Of a stretch of 64,000 bases of DNA, positions 29,074 through 38,165 are shown one piece after another. The stretch is from a bacterium (GTDB lineage: Bacteria > Zhuqueibacterota > Zhuqueibacteria > Residuimicrobiales > Krinioviventaceae), in assembly GCA_963675755.2 (NCBI GenBank), contig CAXXMD010000003.1, positions 1,376,001-1,440,000 of the forward strand, in the 5' to 3' direction. Position numbers and translations under genes: made by a program. The notes beneath the pieces were generated by a model. It was not told the origin of the DNA, made no database searches, and worked only from the letters and a program-made list of their open reading frames with translations. How positions within the stretch are numbered: the first letter of the stretch is position 1; each line of letters starts with the position of its first letter.

Positions 29074-29652
29074 ATGAATCGGATAATAATCATTGTATTA
29101 ACAATATTTTCCATGGGTTTATTGCCGGGTTGCGGGATTAAGCTTGTACCCAGATATCCAGAAAACCTGGATGGTGAAACATCCCGAACAGCCTGGGACT
29201 CACCTACAGCAATCCCGGAAACAAGCAGTGCGCCACAACAATCCGCAATAACCGGATCCGGCAAACGCTTGAATAAATCCATGTATAATGCTTTTATTGC
29301 AGAGATCAAGCGGTTTATGGGCGCTCCATATGTATGGGGTGGTGCTTCACCATCGGGTACCGATTGCTCAGGTTTAATTGCAACCATGTATAAAAGAGCC
29401 GCAGATATAGATTTGCCGCACAGCACAACTCAATTGTCAAAAACCGGAACAACGGTTTCTGTACGGGATCTGAAATTTGGTGATTTATTGTTTTTCAATG
29501 ATGGGCAGGGAAAAAAGCCGCTACATGTAGGTTTTTATCTGGCAAAAGGCAAATTTGTACATGCCTCTGTCAGTAGTGGGGTTACCGTTTCAATACTTAC
29601 TCAATCTCCGTACAAACAGCAATATCTTGGCGCTAAACGAATTCTTGAATAA
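29074..29652 (+). CDS. NlpC/P60 (C40) cell-wall peptidase lipoprotein
   Basis: LLPGC lipobox, G.PYVWGG...G.DCSG, GDLLFF, HVGFY and FVHAS. Confidence 0.93.
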   Translation: MNRIIIIVLTIFSMGLLPGCGIKLVPRYPENLDGETSRTAWDSPTAIPETSSAPQQSAITGSGKRLNKSMYNAFIAEIKRFMGAPYVWGGASPSGTDCSGLIATMYKRAADIDLPHSTTQLSKTGTTVSVRDLKFGDLLFFNDGQGKKPLHVGFYLAKGKFVHASVSSGVTVSILTQSPYKQQYLGAKRILE

Positions 29653-29668
29653 TTAAAGAAAGTAGTAC

Positions 29669-31102
29669 ATGTCATCACAACAGACACCGCTGCCCAAAAA
29701 AGGGGAGACGGTAGATTTGTATATAGAATCCCTTGCCTTTGGGGCAAAGGGTATTGCCCGGTTGGGTGAAATGGTTTGTTTTGTAGAAGGTGCCATTCCC
29801 GGACAAACCGTAAAAGCAAGGCTGCTCAAGAAAAAACGTTCTTATTTTGAAGCCCGCACCCTTGAAGTGATAAAACCTTCTGAGTGGCAGGTTGATCCGG
29901 TTTGCAGCCATTTTCAATCCTGTGGGGGTTGTTCTTTACAGCACCTGCAATACGAACAACAATTAAAAGCCAAAGAAGACCAGGTTAAAGATTCCATTGC
30001 CCGACTGGGTGGTTTTAAAAATGTTCCTATGCAGCCTATCTTACCGTCGCTTGAAACTGAACAATATCGCAATAAGATGGAATTTTCTTTCAGTCGGGAT
30101 CGTTGGTTGTCTGTACAAGAGATTGATAGTAATAAAACTTTTGAAAAGACCGGCTTGTTTCTCGGCATGCATGCAAAGGGATTTTTTGACAAGGTTATTG
30201 ATTTGCAGGAATGTCATCTGGTTGAACCCATTGCATCAGAGATTCTCGATACGGTAAGAGAGATTGCACGTGAAAGCGGCCTTGGCAGTTACAGCACTCG
30301 CGATCATACAGGTTTTTGGCGATTTTTAATTATCCGAAAGAGTAAAAACACCGGCGACCTGCTGGTGAATGTCGTTACCTATTCCTATAATAAAGAAATT
30401 GCTGAACAACTAGAAGAACGATTGTGCGCTCGTTTTCCACAAATTACAAGTCTTTTATACAGTACTACCCAAAGTAAAGCCAGTGTTGCGTATAGTGAAA
30501 AAGAATACCTGTTGCATGGCAAAAAGACCATTTTTGAAAAACTGGGCAATTATCAGTTCGAAGTCTCGGGTAATTCTTTTTTTCAAACCAACACCAGACA
30601 GGCAGAAAGATTATATGATGTTGTTGTAGAGATGGCTGATTTTAAAAGTGACGAGACAGTATATGATCTCTATTGCGGTGCAGGTACAATCTCTATTTAT
30701 ATCAGTGAATATGTGAATAAAGTGATTGGTTTCGAATCGGTCGAGTCTGCGGTGATAGACGCCTATAAAAACTGTGCAATTAATTCCATAAATAATTGCG
30801 ATTTTGAACTGGGTGATCTAAAGGACCAGATATCAGATACCCAAAGGCTGGCTGAAAGATATGGAGCCCCGGATACAATGATCATTGATCCCCCGCGCTC
30901 GGGAATGCATCCCAACACACTTGCGGCAGTGTTGGAACTGGAACCGAAAAAAATTGTACATGTTTCTTGCAATCCTGCAACCCTTGCAAGAGACCTGGGC
31001 CTGTTGTGTGAGGAAAAATATACGTTGACAGCAGTCAAACCTGTAGACATGTTTCCACATACAGCACATATCGAAGCGGTTGCTTTGCTCCAATTAAAGT
31101 AA
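29669..31102 (+). CDS. rlmD: 23S rRNA (uracil-C5)-methyltransferase RlmD
   Basis: TRAM domain, C.HF..CGGC Fe-S motif, YRNK, FFQTN, DLYCGAG, DPPR, SCNP and DMFPHTAHIE. Confidence 0.95.
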   Translation: MSSQQTPLPKKGETVDLYIESLAFGAKGIARLGEMVCFVEGAIPGQTVKARLLKKKRSYFEARTLEVIKPSEWQVDPVCSHFQSCGGCSLQHLQYEQQLKAKEDQVKDSIARLGGFKNVPMQPILPSLETEQYRNKMEFSFSRDRWLSVQEIDSNKTFEKTGLFLGMHAKGFFDKVIDLQECHLVEPIASEILDTVREIARESGLGSYSTRDHTGFWRFLIIRKSKNTGDLLVNVVTYSYNKEIAEQLEERLCARFPQITSLLYSTTQSKASVAYSEKEYLLHGKKTIFEKLGNYQFEVSGNSFFQTNTRQAERLYDVVVEMADFKSDETVYDLYCGAGTISIYISEYVNKVIGFESVESAVIDAYKNCAINSINNCDFELGDLKDQISDTQRLAERYGAPDTMIIDPPRSGMHPNTLAAVLELEPKKIVHVSCNPATLARDLGLLCEEKYTLTAVKPVDMFPHTAHIEAVALLQLK

Positions 31103-31190
31103 TTACAATTTTGTGTTTGCAATTCATTGTGTTTTTAGTATTAATAAATGTAATCCTTTAACGTATCTACTTGAAAATATTGGTTAAAAC

Positions 31191-34100
31191 ATGAAAAAAA
31201 ACAAAGCGTGTCTGTTCAAGTGCATACCGGCGCTTGTATTGCTATTGGCTGCCGGTGTTTTTGCTCAGTATCAACCAATTCAGGATGATTCACTCTATTC
31301 TTATGTTGGGGTCAGAATTGACAGAGGCCCTGAACATATGCAGGTGAACATGTCTGATGTGACAATTGAGCATGATGGATATTACCGTGTATGGGCCAAC
31401 ATGGTTCATGACAGTGGTGATGAGCAACTGAACGAGTCCTATTTTATTACGATAATTGATGAGGACAGTTTGGTTACAACCCCATCCGATTCAAACGCAG
31501 GACCATACAAAGTGATAGCTGATTATCCGGGAATGACGTCTGATCCTGTTTTTGAAGATGCCGGATTATTCTATCTCAAATCGGGTCTGCACACAATACG
31601 GCTGCACCATTATATTCAAATCTCTGACCTATACCCGCAGTTTTTAAACGGCGTAATGGGCGGTCCCCATGGTGAAGCAGAAAGTCTTTACGTTCTTGAC
31701 AGTCTGTATGTGATTGCAGAACCCCAGATTGATGCCATGGTCAGCGTAGATGCCTGGACCCTTCACAATGATCTGGTGAACAACCGGCTTGAAAAAGTGA
31801 CGTATCCCAATGAAGCGGTCAGAATCCGAATCAAGGCTTCTAACAATTTTATCAATGACATCCGCTTTGCGCAGATGCAGGCCAATCTGCCGGATTCGCT
31901 GTTAAACGTTACACTATCTATCACACCCGATGATACGATAAACGGACAGTTTATCTGGAACCTGCCGCGTTTGGCACCCGACGATACATTCTCTGTCTGG
32001 GTAGACGCACAAATACCTCCGGTAATGCCCGAAGGATTTACCTATCAAAACATTACTGCCCAAATAACGGCTCCCAATGATATTGATCTTTCCAATAATA
32101 TTGATGGAGACCATTTTTGGATTGGTGATGAATTGCCCGTTGAAGTTGCAGACCTTGCCATTACACTGGAATCCAATCCGGATTCGTTTCTGGTCAGCGG
32201 TCAGGATACGTTGAAACTTGCCATGCGCGATGAAACGGTTCCCCTGACCATTACAATTGCAAACTTGCAGCCGGATACCGCCAGAAATATTGTGGTAACC
32301 ACCACTATTCCACCACAACTCTCTTTTACTGAATCCGAAGAAACGCCTGTACAGATCCAGGCAAATCAGGTGACCTGGCATTTTGGCCAGATTCCTCCCA
32401 ATTCTCAGAAATCATGGATATACCAGGCAGAGGTTAAATCCGGACTTGCTGATTCCATGATAACCGTGAACAGCCTTGCTCAGGTCAGCGCGGACAATGA
32501 CAGTATTCTGGATAACAATAGTGATACAGATGTATTTTACATTGTACGAAAAGACACAGTTCTGGATATGGGTGTAACTGTAGCAATACAATCAGACACC
32601 ACCATTACCATCGATTCCACACCTCACAAAGCGGTTGTTGGTGGTAATACATTTAGCTACGAGATGAATATTACCAATAACGGTCCCTTTGTGTCTGTAG
32701 CTTCTGTATTGCAAACCATTATACCGGAATCGGTTACGATCTCTGCATTCAGTTTACAGCCGGATGTAACAAACGGAGATACTCTGCAATGGAATTTTGC
32801 ACTGTTTGATCCCGATTCCGTGCTCTCGATTGGTATGGTACTCAAATCCAAATGGAACCTGCCTTATTTCCCGGAAAAGCTCACACTGTCATCAGAAATT
32901 TTTGAACCGTATGATGTGGATCCTGCCAATAATACAGACAGCGATTATCTGTATATTCTGGCCCCACCAGACACCAACGAAACCGATGTATGGACCACTA
33001 TTGCTTCAACTACCGATACCACAGAGGTTTTTGAAGAGAATACGTTTAATGCTGTTTTCCCGGGAGACACCTTTCTCTACACGATCGATTACGGCAACCT
33101 GGGTCCCGATGATGCCAGTTCAACCTCGCTGGGTTTCTCGGTACCTGACTATGTGACTTTACTGGAAGCTTCGGTAGAACCACAGGATGGTGCAACAGAA
33201 TTTGGAACAACGGCCACCTGGAACATTGCCCTGCTGCCCGCTTCCGCTGATTCTGTTATCATTCTGCAAATGATGCTGGATCCCAATGTTGACAGTACAT
33301 TGCAATGGTTTGACGCATCGGTTATCATTTCAAATGTAGATGATACCAATGCAAGCAACGACAGCGACAGTGAACGCATACGCATCATTCCATTACCCCC
33401 GGAACCTTCTAAAAACTATGATGCTGAAATCATCTTTGTTGCAATTGCAGATTCTCAATATATATCCGGCGGTATTACCTATCCTGCAACAGAAGCCGGT
33501 AACCGCTATCAATATCATCTTTCTGTTGTTAATCACGGTCCTAAACCGGCAATGGATGTCGCTATTCATGCAACCGTTCCCGATGTTGTGACCCTTTCTG
33601 ATTTCTCCAAAACAAGCGAGTCTGCAGACTCACTTGACTGGTCCATTGACTCGTTGGCCGTGGGAGCAACCTGGACGGTAACATTTGCCGCACAAACCCC
33701 GACTGAACTTCCAATGTATCCGCAAGCTGTTGTAGCGGGAGCAAACATACAAGCAATACATGATACAGTTGCAGTCAACAACGCTGCCCAAAACACGACT
33801 TATATACTTGAAAAAATTGAAACCGACTTTATAGATGTTACCCCAGCCCAAATCGCAATTACAGATTCTAACGGTACGGTAAACAGCCTTTCCTACAACT
33901 TTGCACGTGAAGGTGAAGATTATGTTTACCAACTCACCATACAGAACCTGGGCGATATGACAGCCTATGATGTAAGAGTTGTGGATTATTATCCACAGGA
34001 ACTTTCGATTCACACATTTGATCCTGCACCCTTTACATCAAATTCAGATTCCATTGTCTGGAATATCACATCCATTCCGGCAGGCGGATCTCAGGTTCTG

Positions 34101-34856
34101 ACCTTTCATGCAGTTGTTCCTGGACTGATGCCAATCGGACTGAATCCCTTAGATAATCGGGTTACGGTTTCTGCAGCTGATGAAAAACCTGAAAAAACAG
34201 AAAACAATACTTCTGAGTTACGGGTTTACAACTATGTCAAAGAACCGGATCCATTCACTCCGTTAATTGAAGCGTTACCCCCAACTATTGACGTAACCGA
34301 CAGCGCAATGATCCGGGTGCAGGTGCCTGTAGAGATAACATCGTGGGATTTATGGATCTATTTGCCAAACGGTCAGGTTATTAAAGACTTTGCAGATGAT
34401 TTTATTTCAAACAATCTGTTACAACCGGACGTCTGGTTCAACATTGACGACTATTACGATCAATCCCATTTATATAGCGGTACCCTGGCAGACGATATCA
34501 TTCTTGAAATACATGCCTATGGAAAACGCGGAAACGAAGGTATTGGTCAAACTCACCTTGTCGTAAAAAGCGAAAACCATATGGTGCTTGACCGAAACGT
34601 TTTCCGACCCGGAATAGATGGTTATGTAGATATCAAGTTCAAACTCAGCTATGAACGTTTAGCACGTTTGGACGTTTTTGATGTGAGTGGTCGTTTGATC
34701 ACCACACTGTCAGAAGATTTTTACGATGGCGGTTGGAATTCGTTTTTGTGGAATGGCCGTCTGCAAGACGGACGGGATGCCGGCAGCGGTGTTTATTTAA
34801 TTACGCTGGATTCCGGAGAGTTCAAGGATTGGAAAAAATTAATCATTGTGAGATAA
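31191..34856 (+). CDS. Secreted DUF11/CARDB-like repeat protein with C-terminal sorting domain
   Basis: Signal peptide and about six Ig-like repeats (D(L/V).(V/I)...Y.I...N.GP..A...W...D....NN). The C-terminal domain reads RNVFRPG...VFDVSGRLI...WNG...SGVY. Confidence 0.88.
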   Translation: MKKNKACLFKCIPALVLLLAAGVFAQYQPIQDDSLYSYVGVRIDRGPEHMQVNMSDVTIEHDGYYRVWANMVHDSGDEQLNESYFITIIDEDSLVTTPSDSNAGPYKVIADYPGMTSDPVFEDAGLFYLKSGLHTIRLHHYIQISDLYPQFLNGVMGGPHGEAESLYVLDSLYVIAEPQIDAMVSVDAWTLHNDLVNNRLEKVTYPNEAVRIRIKASNNFINDIRFAQMQANLPDSLLNVTLSITPDDTINGQFIWNLPRLAPDDTFSVWVDAQIPPVMPEGFTYQNITAQITAPNDIDLSNNIDGDHFWIGDELPVEVADLAITLESNPDSFLVSGQDTLKLAMRDETVPLTITIANLQPDTARNIVVTTTIPPQLSFTESEETPVQIQANQVTWHFGQIPPNSQKSWIYQAEVKSGLADSMITVNSLAQVSADNDSILDNNSDTDVFYIVRKDTVLDMGVTVAIQSDTTITIDSTPHKAVVGGNTFSYEMNITNNGPFVSVASVLQTIIPESVTISAFSLQPDVTNGDTLQWNFALFDPDSVLSIGMVLKSKWNLPYFPEKLTLSSEIFEPYDVDPANNTDSDYLYILAPPDTNETDVWTTIASTTDTTEVFEENTFNAVFPGDTFLYTIDYGNLGPDDASSTSLGFSVPDYVTLLEASVEPQDGATEFGTTATWNIALLPASADSVIILQMMLDPNVDSTLQWFDASVIISNVDDTNASNDSDSERIRIIPLPPEPSKNYDAEIIFVAIADSQYISGGITYPATEAGNRYQYHLSVVNHGPKPAMDVAIHATVPDVVTLSDFSKTSESADSLDWSIDSLAVGATWTVTFAAQTPTELPMYPQAVVAGANIQAIHDTVAVNNAAQNTTYILEKIETDFIDVTPAQIAITDSNGTVNSLSYNFAREGEDYVYQLTIQNLGDMTAYDVRVVDYYPQELSIHTFDPAPFTSNSDSIVWNITSIPAGGSQVLTFHAVVPGLMPIGLNPLDNRVTVSAADEKPEKTENNTSELRVYNYVKEPDPFTPLIEALPPTIDVTDSAMIRVQVPVEITSWDLWIYLPNGQVIKDFADDFISNNLLQPDVWFNIDDYYDQSHLYSGTLADDIILEIHAYGKRGNEGIGQTHLVVKSENHMVLDRNVFRPGIDGYVDIKFKLSYERLARLDVFDVSGRLITTLSEDFYDGGWNSFLWNGRLQDGRDAGSGVYLITLDSGEFKDWKKLIIVR

Positions 34857-34859
34857 ACT

Positions 34860-37790
34860 ATGAAAAAGATATTGATACGTCAGTTCTCGATCTTTTTGCT
34901 GCTGTTTGTTACCGTACAAAGTAACGCACAAATCAGAGCAGGCGCTGCATTTCTAAAAATGCTACCGGGTGCGCGGGTTCAGTCCATGTCTATGGCGCAA
35001 ACCGGAATCATTGACGATGTTCATTCTTTATATGCCAACCCCGGTTCTGCCGGTTTCTTGCGCGAATGGCAATGGTCGGCTTCTTATACAAAATGGATTG
35101 CCGACATTTCCAATGCCTCTTTTCTTTACGGAAAACGCGTTCATACTCCATGGAGCCGCAGAACAAACCTGGCTGTAGGATTTTTGTATCAGGGTGTTCC
35201 TGAATTTGACAGTACGGATGATACCATGCCATATGCTTCTTCGAACGATATGGTCGCATCTCTCAGTATTGGTCAACCTCTTTCCTTTTTAACAGACTAT
35301 ATTTCGCTGGGTGCCAATTTCAAATACTTGCGCAGCAAGCTGGCAGATTTCAGCGCCGGCGCTCCTGTTGCGGATTTTGGTCTGTTGATTCGTACACCCC
35401 GTTTTGGCATGGGTAATTCTGTGTTTCCTTATGGTATTATCACCATGGGCGCTGCTCTTACCCAATATGGCGGTACCATCAACTTTGACCGTCAGGGAAC
35501 GCCTTTGCCCGAAACCCGACGTGCAGGACTTGCATTTTATACCGGTAGTCATACTGGCTTGCAATTTGTTGTAACTGCCGATTATATCGATGTTATGGAT
35601 GAAGATAATTACATTGCAATGGGTACCGAGTTTAGTATTGGTCGCACGTTTTCCATAAACGCGGGATATGACTTTGGCGGCGATCTGATGGAAAAGGTTA
35701 CCTTTGGCGCAAGTATACGGCTCGATGACATCAACTTTCCCGGTGGCGAAGTGGTTCCGGGTCGCAACAATGCCCTGCGTTTTGATGTAGCATCGGTAAA
35801 TGAAGCGGATTTCTTTTCACGGACCTATCGCGGTACTGCAACGCATTACCCCATTCGTCCCGAACAGTTTTCTTTTATAACCGCAACGGAAAACGACACA
35901 TTTTATACCGACACCGTACGGGTCCACTGGCAGCCATCCAAAGATCCTGACCTGTACGATGATGTAAGCTATACCCTGGTAATGGACCAGAATTATTCCA
36001 AAATGACACGTCTGGCTTATTTGTACAATGAAGATCAGGGTAATCTCTTGGAAGAAATTAAAAATACCAGCTATATGGTAAAAACCAATCTGAAAGAAAC
36101 GGAATACTTGTTTCATGATATTGTTGGTGGTTACTATTACTGGATGGTTGTCGCAATTGATAAAGATAAACATGTTAGACTGGCGAAAAAGGGCGACAAC
36201 TTTATCTCCAAATTTTATGTACCATTACCTGACATCCAAATCGACCAAATTGTATTCAACTATTCTCCATGGATAACCATGGACGACTATCATGGTGATA
36301 TACGTGTTCATCTGAGTAATCGTGGTGACCGAATCGCATCTCAATTTACAGTTAACATCTCTGACTCTGTTGGTATTTTAAAAGAGAGTCTGGATATGGA
36401 CAATGTAAATCAGCCCACAACCCAATTGATATCCAGAGCGGTTATAGATTCATTACTGCCTGGTGAAGAAAAAGTCATCCCCATCCAGTGGAACACAAAA
36501 TGGCTTGGCAAGCACGAGTTCATAGTAGAAGCTGATGTGGACAGCAACCTGATAGAATGGGAAAAAGATAAAAACTATAAAGTCACAAGCTTTTACACCA
36601 TTCCCAAAGGCTACCTGACAACAGCAGACACAGCGTTAACCATTTTGAACTCGCGGGTAGAGATCAATACTCCAATTGTTACGGTAGTGACCTTTGACAC
36701 CAACAAGACTGATGTTTCCATGGATTACCTGACCATGTCTCAATTCGATCCGCATCTAAGCATTATTGCAGAGAGATTGGTTAGAAAACCAGATCAGCGT
36801 ATTACCCTGAAAGGATGGGCAGATCCCAATTCCGAAAACGCAACGGTTGACCTTGCCAATCGTCGTGCCGAGGCAGTACGTGACACTTTGATTTCACGAC
36901 GTGTAAGACCAGAACAAATCCGGATTCTACCTGGTGAAGTTTGGGAAAGCCGCCGCACGCCTTCAAATCCTGATGACAGAAGATGGATCTTTGAAGAACG
37001 CCGTATGGTCAAGATCGACTCAGACACCCTGGGTCAGGAAGAACTGTTTGAACCGGTATACATCCGGGATGATGAACCGCTGTTGAAAAACATTGTATTT
37101 GATACCCAATTGAAATACGCGGTACCTGCTGAAGAATCTTATGCCGCTTATTTTGGAAAAGGTATTGTAGATACGCTTGAACTGGATCTGAAAGAAGGCG
37201 CAAAAATCAAAACCCATATTGAATGGATGCCTATTCCATATGGACGGGTTTACTGGAATGAAAAAGAAGCTGAATACCAGCTCAAGGTTATTGATAACCT
37301 GGGCAGACACTTTAAAACCCGACCAGACACAGTGGTAATGAAAGCAATTGATGTGTTGAGAGAAAATCGTATGGCAATTCCGTTGCAATTCAACAATACC
37401 AGTCCGTTGTACGAGTTTTATCTCAATCTGCTGCTCGAACAAATGAGTTCCATTCTGGAAAATCCGGATATGCGTATCGCTTTCAGCGGGCACGCCTGTG
37501 CAACCGGATCCGCTCAGATCAATGAAGCGCTGTCTGATCGACGGGTAAAAACATTCCAGCAGGAATTTATGGAGTATATGAAACAAAATGCTCCTGACAA
37601 TTACGAAAGTATCATGTCACGTGTGGATCCGCCACGTGGATATGGTGAATATAATCCACTGCAGGTGGAGCGTTTGACAGGTGAACAGATATTGATTGGT
37701 GACAATGAAAAATCATCGGGACGTATCCTGAACCGACGCATCGAAATCAAGATATATCTAACCAAATCTCCCCTTGATGCTTATAAATAG
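34860..37790 (+). CDS. PorV/FadL-family barrel fused to FN3, CARDB and two OmpA-like domains
   Basis: N-terminal GAAFLK..PGAR...M......DD..SLY.NPG (PorV-like). OmpA-like motifs LKGWAD...LANRRAEAV and FSGHAC..GS...N..LS.RR...GYGE...NRRIEI. Confidence 0.85.
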   Translation: MKKILIRQFSIFLLLFVTVQSNAQIRAGAAFLKMLPGARVQSMSMAQTGIIDDVHSLYANPGSAGFLREWQWSASYTKWIADISNASFLYGKRVHTPWSRRTNLAVGFLYQGVPEFDSTDDTMPYASSNDMVASLSIGQPLSFLTDYISLGANFKYLRSKLADFSAGAPVADFGLLIRTPRFGMGNSVFPYGIITMGAALTQYGGTINFDRQGTPLPETRRAGLAFYTGSHTGLQFVVTADYIDVMDEDNYIAMGTEFSIGRTFSINAGYDFGGDLMEKVTFGASIRLDDINFPGGEVVPGRNNALRFDVASVNEADFFSRTYRGTATHYPIRPEQFSFITATENDTFYTDTVRVHWQPSKDPDLYDDVSYTLVMDQNYSKMTRLAYLYNEDQGNLLEEIKNTSYMVKTNLKETEYLFHDIVGGYYYWMVVAIDKDKHVRLAKKGDNFISKFYVPLPDIQIDQIVFNYSPWITMDDYHGDIRVHLSNRGDRIASQFTVNISDSVGILKESLDMDNVNQPTTQLISRAVIDSLLPGEEKVIPIQWNTKWLGKHEFIVEADVDSNLIEWEKDKNYKVTSFYTIPKGYLTTADTALTILNSRVEINTPIVTVVTFDTNKTDVSMDYLTMSQFDPHLSIIAERLVRKPDQRITLKGWADPNSENATVDLANRRAEAVRDTLISRRVRPEQIRILPGEVWESRRTPSNPDDRRWIFEERRMVKIDSDTLGQEELFEPVYIRDDEPLLKNIVFDTQLKYAVPAEESYAAYFGKGIVDTLELDLKEGAKIKTHIEWMPIPYGRVYWNEKEAEYQLKVIDNLGRHFKTRPDTVVMKAIDVLRENRMAIPLQFNNTSPLYEFYLNLLLEQMSSILENPDMRIAFSGHACATGSAQINEALSDRRVKTFQQEFMEYMKQNAPDNYESIMSRVDPPRGYGEYNPLQVERLTGEQILIGDNEKSSGRILNRRIEIKIYLTKSPLDAYK

Positions 37791-37795
37791 AAACT

Positions 37796-37829
37796 AAAAA
37801 AGGGAGCGGATATCCGCTCCCTTTTTTTT
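37796..37829. terminator. Bidirectional intrinsic terminator
   Basis: Perfect palindrome AAAAAAGGGAGCGGATATCCGCTCCCTTTTTT immediately after the stop codon. Confidence 0.9.
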
Positions 37830-37894
37830 AATTCAAAATTATTTTCTATCAATAATATACTATTCTAATAAACAGACTTTTTTTATCATCATAT

Positions 37895-38107
37895 TTATTG
37901 ATATTTCTTGATTGTTTTTACAATGGCTACTTTTTGCATCTTTGGTAAAGGACCATATTCTTTTCTTCGAAGACGCTCAACTTCCTCAAATCGCTCTCCT
38001 GGAGGACGACTGAGCCAATATTGTAGATCTTTTTTTTCTAATTCTGAATCACCAATAAAACTTTTAGTAACGATTCTCTGTAATTTTCTTTTATTGCTTT
38101 TATTCAC
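37895..38107 (-). CDS. Small basic hypothetical protein
   Basis: 70 aa with a GTG start after an AGGA-like RBS. Core DLQYWLSRPPGERFEEVERLRR. Confidence 0.65.
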   Translation of the reverse strand: MNKSNKRKLQRIVTKSFIGDSELEKKDLQYWLSRPPGERFEEVERLRRKEYGPLPKMQKVAIVKTIKKYQ

Positions 38108-38165
38108 CTAAAATCCTCAATCCACACAAAACAAAATATCAATTTTGACAATAAAATACTATTTT

